A DNA stretch of 63,621 bases, filler included, from Octopus bimaculoides (GCF_001194135.2; 8 parts of 7 records of this genome joined end to end with filler, not necessarily neighbours in it), one strand, 5' to 3'; positions 1-12,187 are shown, counted from the first letter of the whole stretch. Notes: generated from the letters alone by a model not told the origin. A program made the numbers and translations.

Positions 1-59
1 TGAAAAATTAACAAAATAATTAATTTTAGCTGCAAACAAATTTTATTGAAATCAATGTT

Positions 60-1130
60 TTTGTTTTGATTTAACATTTGTCAATAGCAAGTGCGGAAAA
101 CAACAGCCATCATGTACACTGTCTCCCACATTGCTCCGTCGATTTGGGTGACTTTCATGTGAATAACCTCCTTCATATCGTCTAATGTACGGAGCTTGGG
201 CACATACACACCACCCTTGAGGCGTCCACATAAGAATTAGTAACATTATTAGATCATGGGACCGACGGGGTCCAAGGAATGTCAGCAAACCTGGAAATGA
301 GGCGGTCGCCGAAGAGACGGCTAAGAACGTCCATTGATGCTCCGGCTGTGTGGGCCGTCGCCCCATCCTGTTGAAACCACACAAGTTGAAGAGGCATAGG
401 TATTCGCTGTAATTCAGGCACAAAGAAGTTGCTTATCTCTCGAGGTAACGCTCAGAGTTCACATTAACAGCATTGCCATTATTGTCTTCAAAGGTGTAAG
501 GACCAATGACGGTAGCTTTTCAAACAGCAGACCAGGCCCTCACCTTTAGGCTGTGCAGTGGTATTTTGTGCAGTTCTCGGATTTTTAAGAGCCCAATAAG
601 GACGGTTCTGTTGATTCCCCATGCCACTGAGATGAAAATGTGCTTGACCACTCGTTAACAAAATTAGTCTGCCATTTACCTCAGAAAGTGTTTCCAACTG
701 ACTTGCGAAATTAAGCTCCTCTCCATAGTCCATGGTTTCAACTGTTACTCAATGACCAATTTTTACGGGTGGAATTGCAGGTCTTTAAGCAAAATATACC
801 TTACCGATCGATTACCGATGTGAAGTCCAATGGAATGCCTCCGAGCAGAACTATTCAGGCACTATACGAAAAGTTGTCTGAGATGTTCCGAGATCTGAAC
901 CGATCGTGGTACCCCCACCAGTCTTCTATTCATTAATGTACTTTTTGTACAAAGTGTTTGGTGCATTCCATTGCGTGAACACACTGAGAATCAATACACG
1001 TCCTAAATTATGTACAAATCATGTATAAATCATAACACTTCTGTTACCATTTTTGATCGAATTGACATAACTCCATGAACAGCGCTTACCTCTCTTGCGG
1101 TACCTCGGAGTGCAGCACTCCAGTGGTAGT
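60..1130 (-). mobile_element. Decayed Tc1/mariner-superfamily transposase
   Basis: Minus-strand translation across frameshifts gives GRPRSV..SARRHS..RSVRYILLKDLQFHP, then AHFHLSGMGNQQNRPYWALKNPR, FQQDGATAHTAGASMDVL and FLCGRLKGGVYVPKLRTLDDMK, in canonical order. Contains stops and frameshifts. Confidence 0.85.
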
Positions 1131-1639
1131 TTTATTGGTATTTGGGCTAATATTTATGTAAATATAATGCATTAATATTAATGCCTTATATTTTGGTTGT
1201 GCTAAAAGGCTACAACAGACAAAGGAGGGAATATTGGTCTGAAATAACGATATTTTTTTTTCTGAGATATTCTAGTGAATCTAATGCAACAATTTAAATG
1301 CGAGAAAAATTTTAGTACCATTTAATATCGAATTTTATTTGTGGACGTTTGACTTTCCCTCCCAATTTTAGCCAAGTCATTTCTGAATTTTTTTCAACGT
1401 AATAAACTATAACTGCGATTAATATAATGGCGTACACACGCATTTACATGTTTCTAGTATTATCTTATGTCGGTAAAATCCCTGTTAACCTCAAAAACTG
1501 AGGTTTCGAATTTGATTTAATTGTAAGATGTGAACGATTGGGGCGGCGATGAATGCAGTGTTTAAAAGTAAATCTGCGTCTAAACGTAAATGTAACGTAA
1601 TGCTTAAAAGTAAATCTTAAAAGTAAATTCGGGAAATCC

Positions 1640-1930
1640 TAGAGGAGAATTGTGTATTGGAACTACACCGATGCTTGCTTTGCAAAAGATTCACAGAAAT
1701 GCAAAAGTTATCCAGCCAATCTTTCCAGATGGACACGATGTCATAAATATACCGTACGTAGAGTATTGCTTCAGGACAAAGCAGTTATTTCCTGCATTAA
1801 TTGAGTCTCAAATTTCGTCAAGAATACGCTTGCGAAATTAATTGCTATAGGGATACGTATGGCTTGTGCTGTCGTCTCGCGGCAAAATTCTCGTCCAAAC
1901 CTCATCCTGGTATGTTGTATCAAAAACTTC
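1640..1930 (-). mobile_element. Penelope-like reverse transcriptase remnant
   Basis: Minus strand reads GREFCRETTAQAIRIPIAINFASVFLTKFETQL and LYVRYIYDIVSIWKDWLDNF. These resemble the PLE RT motifs Q..G.AMG.P.A..FA and Y.RY.DDI. Confidence 0.65.
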
Positions 1931-1984
1931 AATAGTTTACAGAGGAAATTAGATGCAATGCTCTTGTTTAACCACTTTTATGGA

Positions 1985-2266
1985 AAAAAAATAGAAAACA
2001 ACCAGGACCTACCCATTGAATTACAGAGACTTTGGAAAGCGCCGCTAAAATTTATCCTAATTGTTCTAGGTGCATTGGGAACTATCACTAAAGATTTGAA
2101 GAGATGGATAGAGGAAATAGGCATAAAACGTAGTGTACTACAGCTGCAGAAAACAGTGTTGTTAGGAGACAGCTATGATACTTAGGAAAGTTCTTGGCAT
2201 CTAAGGGTATATGTTGTAGACCAATGTTAGGATTTATTTGCCTTTTCCAAGAGTCTAATCTGTTGT
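1985..2266 (+). mobile_element. Old R4-clade non-LTR retrotransposon 3' end (REL domain tail + 3' UTR)
   Basis: ELQRLWK..IVLGALGTITKDLKRWIEEIGI..LQLQKTVLLG, then stop and UTR, ending at the TAA tract near 2270. Confidence 0.7.
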
Positions 2267-2314
2267 GTGTATAATAATAGCAATAATGATGATAATAATA
2301 ATAATAATAATAAT

Positions 2315-3050
2315 GCACAAGACCAAAGCCTCCCCACCAGAAATTACCAAAAACACATAATGAAAAGAAATATAACAAGTAACTGTAGAATATGTGGAGA
2401 TCGACAAGAAACAATAAATCATATTATCTCTGGCTGCCCAGTCCTGGCTAAGAAGGAATATATTCACAGACACGACAGAGCTGGGACCTATATACACTGG
2501 AAGCTATGCCAACATTATGGAATAACAACAGAAAAAAGATGGTATAAACACACGCCAGAAAAGGTCACAGAAAACGAGAAAGCAACCATACTCTGGGATA
2601 TGCCAATACACACAGATAGAGAAATTAAGGCAAATAGACAAGATATAGTTGTCAAAGATCATGAAGAAAAAAAATGCTTTCTAATTGATGTATCAATACC
2701 AGCAGAAGACAACGTTTCTCTAAAAGAAATGGAAAAACTTTCAAAATACAAAGACCTGGAAATAGAGATAACTCGAATGTGGAATCTAAAAACAGAAACA
2801 ATTCCTATCATAGTAGGTGCCTTAGGTATAATAAAAAAATATTCAGACAAATACATAACAAAAACACCAGGACTTACAAATATATATAACATACAGAAAA
2901 TTGCACTACTGGGTACTGCACACATTCTACGCAAAGCACTTTCAATACTGTAAACATAAGAGCACCACAGCAAACCACAGCACATAGCCAAGGCGCACAG
3001 AGCTGCGCTCGGTAGTGAAGTGAAATCGCGTTATAAAAATAAAACTACTG
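2315..3050 (+). mobile_element. 5'-truncated R4/Dong-like non-LTR retrotransposon (CCHC zinc knuckle + restriction-like endonuclease) in (TAA)n
   Basis: ORF 2267-2953 reads AQDQ..CRICGDRQETINHIISGC..RHD..LWD..NRQDIVV..LIDVSIP..KYKDL..PIIVGALG..LLGTAHILRK. The 3' UTR ends AAAACTACTG. TAA repeats lie on both sides. Confidence 0.9.
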
Positions 3051-3121
<71 letters not shown>

Positions 3122-3298
3122 TAATAATCCTATTGGCACAAGGACTGAACTTTGGTGGGAGGAGCAATAATCGATTATATCGACACCAGTGGCCCTTAAT
3201 TTATCGACCCGAAGATGATGAAAGGCAAAGTCGACATCGGCGGGATGGTAATGATAATTGCTATTACCATTATTGTTGTTGTTGCTTTGTTATTATTA

Positions 3299-3368
<70 letters not shown>
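3051..3368. repeat. (AAT)n 3051-3127 and (ATT)n about 3290-3368 flanking a truncated minus-strand Meta-domain SINE
   Basis: Repeats are directly visible. The internal segment ttatcgacccgaagatgatgaaaggcaaagtcgac matches the other SINE-B copies. Confidence 0.85.
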
Positions 3369-3369
<1 letters not shown>

Positions 3370-3985
3370 TTGAATTATTATCGTGATGAGCGTCCTAAAG
3401 AATCCCGTGAGAAATATTGATTATTTGGCACGCATACATATGTGAGTTCATTTCATTGTTTTGTTTTTTTTTGTATTCAGTAGCATCGTTTAAGTTAAGA
3501 ATTTTTGAAATCGTCTACGTCCACCAAATAATAAGGAAAAATCACGACAGAATTTGCTGGTGAAAAATTATATTTATAACAATGAAGAATAAGGTGAAGC
3601 ATGCAAGAGACATTATCCTAACATTAGAAGGTCAAAAGCAAAATTCCATTCATTGAACGTCCTTAAGAATGCATTAAATGAGATGTCGAATTACGATGGT
3701 CCGCTTCCATGTCAAATGTCTAGAATCCGTTATGTAATAGATAGAGAGGACGTCATTTCATAGACATAGCTCATAAAATAATCGATAGCTACCTTTTAGC
3801 ACATATATAGCAAATAGATGGCTACTAAAATATACTCAAAGATCATTCAAAGTGTGTGCGCGTCAGTGTGAGTGTGTGCCGTGTGAGTGAGTGTGTGTGC
3901 GTTTGTGTGTGGTGTGTGTGTAGAAGAAGAATACAGATAGATAAATCACTGATTTAATATGTATGTATATATATTTATATATATA

Positions 3986-4085
3986 NNNNNNNNNNNNNNN
4001 NNNNNNNNNNNNNNNNNNNNNNNNNNNNNTTAATTAATTAANNNNNNNNNNNNNNNNNNNNNNNNNNNNNNNNNNNNNNNNNNNN
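3986..4085. other. Assembly gap with artificial linker TTAATTAATTAA. Same structure at 18275-18374, 25589-25688, 32141-32240, 41880-41979, 49921-50020 and 61857-61956
   Basis: 44 N + TTAATTAATTAA + 44 N, identical seven times. The linker is palindromic and has TAA in all six frames. Confidence 0.97.
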
Positions 4086-4116
<31 letters not shown>

Positions 4117-4120
<4 letters not shown>

Positions 4121-4277
4121 CATATACGACGAGCTTCTTCCAGTTTCCATCTACCAAATCCACTCACAAGGCTTTAGTCGGCCCGAGGCTATAGTACAAG
4201 ACACTTGCCCAAGGTGCCACACAATGGGACTGAACCCGGGACCATGTGGTTGGTAAACAAGCTACTTACCACACAGC
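4117..4277 (-). mobile_element. tRNA-derived SINE family A, 5' half
   Basis: Matches 6520-6687. Has a tRNA-like head with a B-box-like GGTTCAGTCCC. Confidence 0.85.
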
Positions 4278-4639
4278 CTTGTCAGTGAATCATATATCTA
4301 AAAATGAAGGACTCTAAAAGCTAGAGCAGTAATACATTTACAGGAGGTTAATAATATGGTCATAGAGTGACCAATTGTTTCGTGTCCATAAAGCGTGTAA
4401 CCTTATAGACAATTCATCAAACAGCAATGGCTGTGGGCATATAACCCTTGAAGGTTTAATTTGAAAATTAAATCTTTGGCTAGTTAACTTAGCATTATTT
4501 AACAAGAATGTAACCTTCATATAATTAAGGTATCTTTGGCTTGATGCATAGCTAGCTGAGTACCCCTCATTAGGTAATTATTGCATCAGAGGATCTGCGA
4601 GCTAGGAAACATATGTAACCTGAATTTTACCTGCTCCAC

Positions 4640-4975
4640 TTCCTCGATTTGGATGGCATATAAAAAGCACCATTTGTGTGCCTGTGTTTGTCCCCACCAA
4701 CATCGCTTGACAACCGATGCTGGTGTGTTTATGTCCCCGTAACTTAGCGGTTCAGCAAAAGAGACTGATAGAATAAGTTCCACTTGACTGGCTCCTATGC
4801 TGGTCACACATAAAAAGCACCCACCACACTCTCAGAGTGGTTGGCATTACGCAGGGCATCCAGCTGTACAAACCTTGCCAAATCAGATTGAAGCCTGGTG
4901 CAGCCTCTCGGCTTGCCAGTTCTCAGTCAAACTGTCCATCCCATGCCAGCATGGAAAGCAGACATTAAACAACAA
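4640..4975 (+). mobile_element. Composite of RTE-LINE 3' UTR and a SINE-A internal segment
   Basis: GGCA..AAAAAGCACC RTE-UTR motifs flank a gtttgtcccc..gatagaataagt SINE-A segment. Ends in a decayed GAT-type tail. Confidence 0.7.
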
Positions 4976-5864
4976 TCATGAGATATATGTGTGTGTGTGT
5001 GTATTTAGAATGTTATTTGTTATGGCTGGACAGAGAGTGACCATTGGTTTCACACCTATAAAACACTTAGCTGTCTCTGTGACTTGTCAGGCTTAAATAG
5101 CCACTTGAGTCTGAAGAAGCAAAGGGAAACCAGAAATGCATTTCAAAAATTCAATAAGTAGTTCATTAAAGAAGGAGACTGATGCAATGGATGGCCAAAA
5201 TAGAGGAGTGAAATTCAAGAAGGTACTACCTTGTTTGTATGGCCAATGGTCCATTTTTTCTTACTTGTGATACATGCTATCATATCTGTCTCTTCCAAGC
5301 TAGGTTGGTTTGTCATAAGTGGAAGTACATATTTAGGCCCCCTACTGACTATTTATAGTTACAATCAGTTGAACTATCTTGCTCTGATTGTAATAAAATC
5401 TGCAGAAGTAAATCTGCTTTGACTAGGTACATGAAATGTGACAATATCTATTTTTAACTGTTTTCACAACTAATTCAATCACGTTCATGTCGTCTGTATG
5501 GAAAAATTTGTAAAACTCTTGTTGGATTAAAACGTCATTTCCTGTCACAGCATATAGACTATCTCTGTCTTGTAGTAATTTTCTAAACTGTAAATATTTA
5601 ACCCTTTATCACTTATATGGTTATGTGTTGTTAGCTTTTACTAGCTTAGTACCCATGTATATGGACTCTGTCAGTGTTGGTATTAAGAAAAGTCATACTC
5701 AGTAAGTCGACAGCCAAGTCAACAGCCATCATACATATAAACATAGATATACATATACATATGTGTGTGTGTGTGTGTGTGTATTAGATAGTTTATTTCA
5801 GTATTGTCCTATATATTAGTGTTACTGCTCATAAATTTATTTAACGTATTTTCTCTTCTTATAG

Positions 5865-6066
5865 CAATATTAACACTCCTGCTCCATATTACGTGGGCCA
5901 ACTTCCTTCACAAAGTCCAGTTGCAAATATAAGCAATATGTATCCACATTTTCGACCAGCGAATACTCCAGTTAACCCTTGCACAAAGACACCGGTGTTA
6001 ACTGCAAATGGAAACCAATCAACCTTGGAAAATTTTCCCCTTCAGGAACCTCCTCATAATCCAGAG
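5865..6066 (+). CDS. VPS37A: VPS37A-like exon (Pro-rich linker; first recovered exon)
   Basis: Polypyrimidine-tag acceptor and gag|gtaac donor. Open frame NINTPAPYYVGQLPSQSP..QEPPHNPE joins in phase 0 to the next exon. Confidence 0.75.
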
Positions 6067-6270
6067 GTAACATTTCTTTTTATTCAGAGAAAATAATAAT
6101 TTTTTGGTTGTACCTGTTGGTGAAACAACATCTATTCACAAAGTTTTTAAGTAACACTTACATTGATACATACATACATACATACATACATACATACATA
6201 CATACATACATGCATGCATGCATGCATGCATGCATGCATGCATGGAGGGAGGGAGAGATAGATAGATAGA

Positions 6271-6687
6271 TACTCTTTTTACTCTTTACTTGTTTCAGTC
6301 ATTTGACTGTGGCCATGCTGGAGCACCGCCTTTAGTCGAACAAATCGACCCCAGGACTTATTCTTTGTAAGCCTAGTACTTATTCTATCAGTCTCTTTTG
6401 CTGAACCGCTAAGTTACGGGGACATAAACACACCAGCATCGGTTGTCAAGCGATGTTGGTGGGGACAAACACAGGCACACAAACATATACACACACACAC
6501 ATATATATATATACATATATATACGACGGGCTTCTTTCAGTTTCCGTCTACCAAATCCACTCACAAGGCTTTGGTAGGCCCGAGGTTATAGTAGAAGACA
6601 CTTGCCCAAGGTGCCACGTAGTGGGATTGAACCCGGAACCATGTGGTTGGTAAGCAAGCTACTTACCACACAGCCACTCCTACGCCT
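6271..6687 (-). mobile_element. Full-length tRNA-derived SINE family A with internal CA/TA microsatellite
   Basis: Head GGAGTGGCTGTGTGGTAAGTAGCTTGC..GGTTCAATCCC, body, and AAAGAGT-type tail. More than 10 related copies occur in the window. Confidence 0.9.
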
Positions 6688-7406
6688 ATATAATTTTTTT
6701 TTAAATCGCTTGTTTTAAATGGAGAAAAAAATTTATATACATATTTTGATATGTACTCCCCTTATTCATTAGGGTTCATATTAGTGTCCATAACATGCTC
6801 CAGTAAATGAAACCTAATTTGAGTGGCTATTTTAAAAACTTTTCTATGTACTTTTTTATGTTTTTCAATACTGGAAGAATCTGAATGAGTTTTAAAATGT
6901 TAACTATTTGCATGAATTATTGAAGGAAAAGTTTTGTAGTGTCTGACACTTGGCCAGATGGATTAGAAAATAAGTGAAATAGACTTTGGTTTATGCTTCT
7001 TTTTGTATTTATTTACATTAGAGAAGATTTGTAATTGAATCAATTTTGGTATTACTGGTACATATTTGAATAGCAGTGTAAACCTGAACCATATCTTAGG
7101 ATGTAGAGCAAAGCTAAATACCTGATATTTCTTTTCTGACACTCTTCCATTTTGATCAGCTACTCACTGAGTGAATTGCAAGTTTCCATACAAAAATATA
7201 ATACAAGCTTGATTGTTTTTAGAATTACATCTTCCAGCTTTTAGTTGATAACTTTTTTTCTTGTAATTTAAAATGCTTATTTTCAATTCTAATACATCAG
7301 AGATTGTGATTTCATTTACTTCAATTTCAAACATTATATTGCATACTCTTTTTATTATATCACTATTTTATTGTTCTATAATATAATTTCTTGTTTTGTT
7401 TTTTAG

Positions 7407-7468
7407 TATTTCAGTGGATACAAAATGCCAGAATTACCTACTTCATTTCCTTCATTGAAAACCAAGAG
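7407..7468 (+). CDS. VPS37A: VPS37A-like exon
   Basis: tttag|TATTTC..AAGAG|gtaat. YFSGYKMPELPTSFPSLKTK resembles vertebrate VPS37A FGYKMPDVPDAFPEL as recalled. Confidence 0.88.
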
Positions 7469-7640
7469 GTAATACTTATTGAACTCATATGATGGTTGTC
7501 TTTTTTTTCCGCCCAACCATAGAGATAATTTTGCATGCTTTAGAAATGTATTTTGGCCATCATAACACAAACAAAACCATAGAATAGAGAATTGTCGCTT
7601 ATTTTCCAGTAGTTAAGTAGTTTTTATCATTTTCTTTCTT

Positions 7641-7950
7641 TCCTTGTTTCAGTCATTAGACTGCAGCCATGCTGGGGCACCGCCTTGAAGAATTTTAGTT
7701 GAATGAATCAACCCCATTACTTACTATTTTTTGTAAAGCCTGCTACTTATTCTGTCAGTTTCTTTTGCCAAACTGCTAGGTCACAGGGGACAAACTCATA
7801 CACAATGACATACTCACATAAATCCTCTTACAAGGATTTGGTCAACCCAAGGCTATAGTAGAAGACACTTGCCCGGAATGCCACAGTGGGACTGAGCCCA
7901 GAACCATGTGGTTGGGAAGCAAACTTCCTACCACACAGTCATGCCAGTGC
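7641..7950 (-). mobile_element. SINE family A (diverged)
   Basis: Similar to 6271-6687. Confidence 0.8.
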
Positions 7951-8334
7951 CTAAAAGTAAAATGTAAAGCTGAAACTTTAATGATGTCTTGGCAGATTTT
8001 AATGCAAAATATGTTAGTCACTGTTAACTTTTCCCTTTTACAATGTCAGTGTAAAATAGCCTCTAGCAGATTTCACATTCAGATCTTGCTATATATGGTA
8101 CAAATAACAATTTTTTCATTGATTGGCAGATATAAGCACTGTCTTATTTAGGCTCAAATGGCCCAGGTACTTCTGGCTGCTGACACACAGCATGTCAGAA
8201 CACTTTGTACCCATGAACACACTGTTGCCATAAAAGGGAAAAGTTGTTCTTCTGTGAAATACATAATAGTCAATAGCATAAAGCTGGAAGTGTTTGGACT
8301 AAAAACAATATAATGAACACAAACTAATATGATA

Positions 8335-8490
8335 GGTTCTGTAACTTAGTGGTTTGGCAAAAGAGACTGATAGAATAAATACCAGGCTTTAAAAAAAGTA
8401 AGTTCTGACATTGATTTGTTTGACTAAAAACCCTTCAAGGCAATGCTCCAGCATGGCTGCAGTCAAATGACTGAAACAATTAAAAATAAT
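8335..8490 (+). mobile_element. SINE family A 3' part
   Basis: gctccagcatggctgcagtcaaatgactgaaac followed by an A-rich tail. Confidence 0.8.
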
Positions 8491-8611
8491 AAAAAAATAT
8501 TTAGTCAGCCAGTTTAAATGTATCCACCAGACCCCTTTTGAATATCTCCTTTTTTTTTAACATTTACATCACTGCCTTACAGAAATACACACACATAATA
8601 ATATACATATA

Positions 8612-8776
8612 TATGACGGGCTTCTTTCAGTTTCCGTCTACCAAATCCACTCACAAGGCTTTGGTCGGCCCAAGGCTATAGTAGAAGACACTTGCCCAAA
8701 GTGCCACACAGTGGGACTGAAGCCGGAACCATGTAGTTGATAAGCAAGCTACTTACCACACAGCCACTCCTGCGCA
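8612..8776 (-). mobile_element. SINE family A 5' half
   Basis: Near-identical to 6520-6687. Confidence 0.85.
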
Positions 8777-9457
8777 TGTTAAAAAATTTTCATATATCAT
8801 ATAAATCATCTCACATAGACAGAAATCAGGAGACCATAAAACTAGATTAGAATAGCAAGTAAAATGAAAACTATTAATTTGTCATCAGCATACATATCAT
8901 GTTTCTAAAGTATATTCACTACTGTTTAAACACACTCTGCTGTTGTTGTGATGGTGGCTGCTGCTGATGTTATGGTTGTCAGTTTTAAGCCTGCAGTATA
9001 TATATCTCATGATATAAGATTGATATAAACAACTCAAGATTTGATGTGATAATGTCCTAGCTGCAGTCTGTATATTCTAAACAGCTCATACCAAGATACC
9101 TTCATACTATTATCTTCACCTTCAATAAAACTTGACAAATATCAGCTTTTGTTATACAAACTTAATTTCTATACCAGCAGGGAAAACAGCCTTTTGTCAC
9201 TAGTCGCTTACCTTTTATCAATTTTGTATCAGTGAGATAAAAACTACATTCCCAAATTGCAGAAAGAAAAAAAAAAGGAAAAGAAATCTAAGTAGTTTCT
9301 GAAGATCAAAGTTAAACTAGCTAACCTTAATAACCACCACCACCACCACCAAATCATTAAACTATATAATGTCATGTATAATTTATAAAAAAAATAACTG
9401 CAGAAGCATTAAAAAAATTTCCCAAAAAAGCAACCTAAAATGTAAACATACACAGAT

Positions 9458-10130
9458 GTGGCTGTCTAGTAAGAAGCTTGCTTCCCAACCACATGGTTCC
9501 AGGTTCAGTCCCACTGTGTGGAACCTTGGGCTGACCTAAGCCTTGTGAGAAGATTTGGTAGATGGAAACTAAAAGAAGCTTGCTTCCCAACCACAAGGTT
9601 CTAGGTTCAGTCCTACTGTGTGGTACCTTGGGCAAGCATCTTGTACTATAGCCTCGGGCCAACCAAAGCCTTGTGAGTGGATTTGGTAGACGGAAACTGA
9701 AAAAAGCCCATTGTATATATATGTCTGTGCTTGTCCCCCCACTATCATTTGACAACTGATGTTGGTGTGTTTACATCCCTGTAACTTAGCAGTTCAGCAA
9801 AAGTGACTGATAGAATCAGTACTAGACTTACAAAGAATAAGTCTTGTGGTCGATTTGTTCGACTAAAGGCTGTGCTCTAGCATGGCCACAGTCAAATAAC
9901 TGAAACAAGTAAAAAGAAAAAAAAAAGAATATATATGTGTTTGTGTCTGTTTGCCCCCACCACCACTGCTTGATAACTTGTGCTGGTGTGTTTACATCTC
10001 TGTAACACAGCAGTTCAGCGAAAGAGACTGATAGAATAAGTACTGGGGTTGATGCATTCAACTAAAAATTCTTCAAGGCAGTGCCCCAGCATGGCTGCAA
10101 TCAAATGACTGAAACATGTAAAAGATAAAA
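9458..10130 (+). mobile_element. SINE family A with duplicated head and duplicated 3' half
   Basis: The head is repeated via AAGAAGC (about 9473 and 9574). The 3' body and tail occur twice (about 9720-9925 and 9935-10135). Confidence 0.8.
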
Positions 10131-10647
10131 AGAAAAAATGATATGTATGTATAAATGTAAGTATGTGACAGTATGGTAACTGAAGAGGTTTCACTGATTT
10201 CTTGTATGAAATACAGACAAGGGAATTTATTGCCTAACCCATTTTATAGTATTTTCTAAGTTGGGAATAAAAAGTATGAAAATTTGCGATGCCTATTCCC
10301 TAAGGAATGCTCTTCTATTGAAATAAATATTTTTCAGCAAAAACTGCTTTAAAAAGTTATTTGCTTTTAAAAGATAAGAAATACTTCTGCATACAGTTAA
10401 TCAAGATAAGTCCTGTCATTCCAAATCATCATTTGATTTGTTCAAGATAAATTGATAATGTTTATAAGCCTTGTATAAGTTAGCCCCAGTAAAAATATAA
10501 ACTGCTATATTAGGGATGTTATAAATAATACATTTTCAATAATGTTAACCTTAATTCTGTTGCTATTTTCCTGAATATTTTTATAAACTTTACATGTTTA
10601 GCAAAATCGTTAATATTATTAATAATGAAACAATGTTTCTATTTCAG

Positions 10648-10775
10648 TATAACAGAGTTAAACGAACTGATGAATGATGAGGGCAAACTGTTTGAAATGC
10701 TTCAGAATCTACCTGAAGTGATTAAAATTGAGAAAGAACGCCAACAAATGTCTGATGAATGTATTAGCCTTGCAG
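10648..10775 (+). CDS. VPS37A: VPS37A-like exon
   Basis: ttcag|T..GCAG|gttag. Reads ITELNELMNDEGKLFEMLQNLPEVIKIEKERQQMSDECISLA. Phases are consistent. Confidence 0.9.
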
Positions 10776-11298
10776 GTTAGTTAAAATCAACGGCTGTCAT
10801 TCAAGACTGCAATTTTCCATTTCCATTGTTTGGGAATTTTATTTGTTAAGTGTGTAGATAGAACTAAAGTTAAGAATATTAATATATGTGATTTAACTTA
10901 GTTTCAGTTACTCTTAAACTAATTAGAACTTCATTTATGAAAGGAAGACTTCGAAGTGTTGTGTCCCTCAAATTATTATCACTTGTAGTAGAAATTTTCG
11001 GATGTGTTGTGTACATTGTCTCAATTTTGTCAGCATTCTAATTATATGAGCCATTGAAGGGAAAATTCTAATGCCTATGCAATTTAACTTTACCAATGTT
11101 TGCATCAGAGAATATATTATTGATTTCTATTAAATTTCATAGTACCAACTTACAAGATGTGAACCTAGATTAGTAGACATAGGTTATCATTCTGTCATTT
11201 CTTAGTCTGACCCTGTTGTGAAAGTCATTTTCTGGTTTTGATCTTCTGCAGCATCATATTTTAAATTTTTATCATTTTTTAAAATATACGTTTTATAG

Positions 11299-11357
11299 AA
11301 AAAAATTTGAAGAAAAAACCAGTGACAGAACAACTTAAAAAGTCCTTGCTAAAGAAG
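11299..11357 (+). CDS. VPS37A: VPS37A-like exon (start of Mod(r)/VPS37 C-terminal domain)
   Basis: tatag|AA..AAG|gtaag. EKNLKKKPVTEQLKKSLLKK is comparable to ARKNLLLEP. Confidence 0.88.
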
Positions 11358-12024
11358 GTAAGAAAATAACTAACATTTTGTAGTTACTAAAATAAATATT
11401 AGTTCACCAGAATTACTGACAATGCTAAGCATGTCTGTTGTTTCTAATGTTTATTTCTTGATTTCAAACGTTTAATCCCAGTAGGTGTATATGTATACAC
11501 TATGATGTATAAATATAATATCAGTTTGTTAAACTATCAATAAATTAATAAATTACTTGTACATTTTGTTTCATTATTGTATTGTACTACAGAATATGTA
11601 GAGTTTAGCCTGCACTGTATCTAATAAATAGAAGTAAGCAACTTACAGACAATATCTTAATATCCAAGAAAGTATCATATGTAAAGTTTAAGTGTTTACA
11701 TCTTGTTGAACATCATTCTTCAATAAATATCAGCACAGAAATTGGGCTAAGAAAGACAGTGAAATTATACTGATGTATATGTCTTCTGTGTTTTTCAAAG
11801 GAGTAATTTTGTGAAGGTAACATATGTAGTAGTTTGTAGATAGTGGGACATATATAATTAACGGGGGACTCAGTATGTGATACAAATTATAGTTGAATTT
11901 GATTTTGGTTTTGTATGCATAAAGTGCAATCAGTTCTAACATGATGTTTCAAGTTACATCTTAGTCATATCTCAAAGAAATATGGAAAAATAATATAAAC
12001 TAAATATCCACTATTTCCTTCCAG

Positions 12025-12187
12025 CTGGATGAGTTGGAGATGTTACAGAACGAATTTGAAGAAGAAAGTGAGCACCATATGTGTCTGTCTGACCAGTTTC
12101 ACCCCACCAGTATTCAAAGTAACATAAAGGTAGCTGTAATGGAAGCAGATGAAAAGTCAGAAAAGATTGCTGAAGATTTTCTTAATG
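12025..12187 (+). CDS. VPS37A: VPS37A-like exon (Mod(r) domain)
   Basis: ccag|CTG..AATG|gtaag. IQSNIKVAVMEADEKSEKIAEDFLNG is comparable to LQARLKVAAHEAEEESDNIAEDFLEG. Confidence 0.93.

Noticed and set aside
3375-3480. Possible first exon MSVLKNPVRNIDYLARIH with an AT|GTGAGT donor
   Set aside because: No resemblance to the VPS37A N-terminus, and it is separated from the gene by a linker gap.
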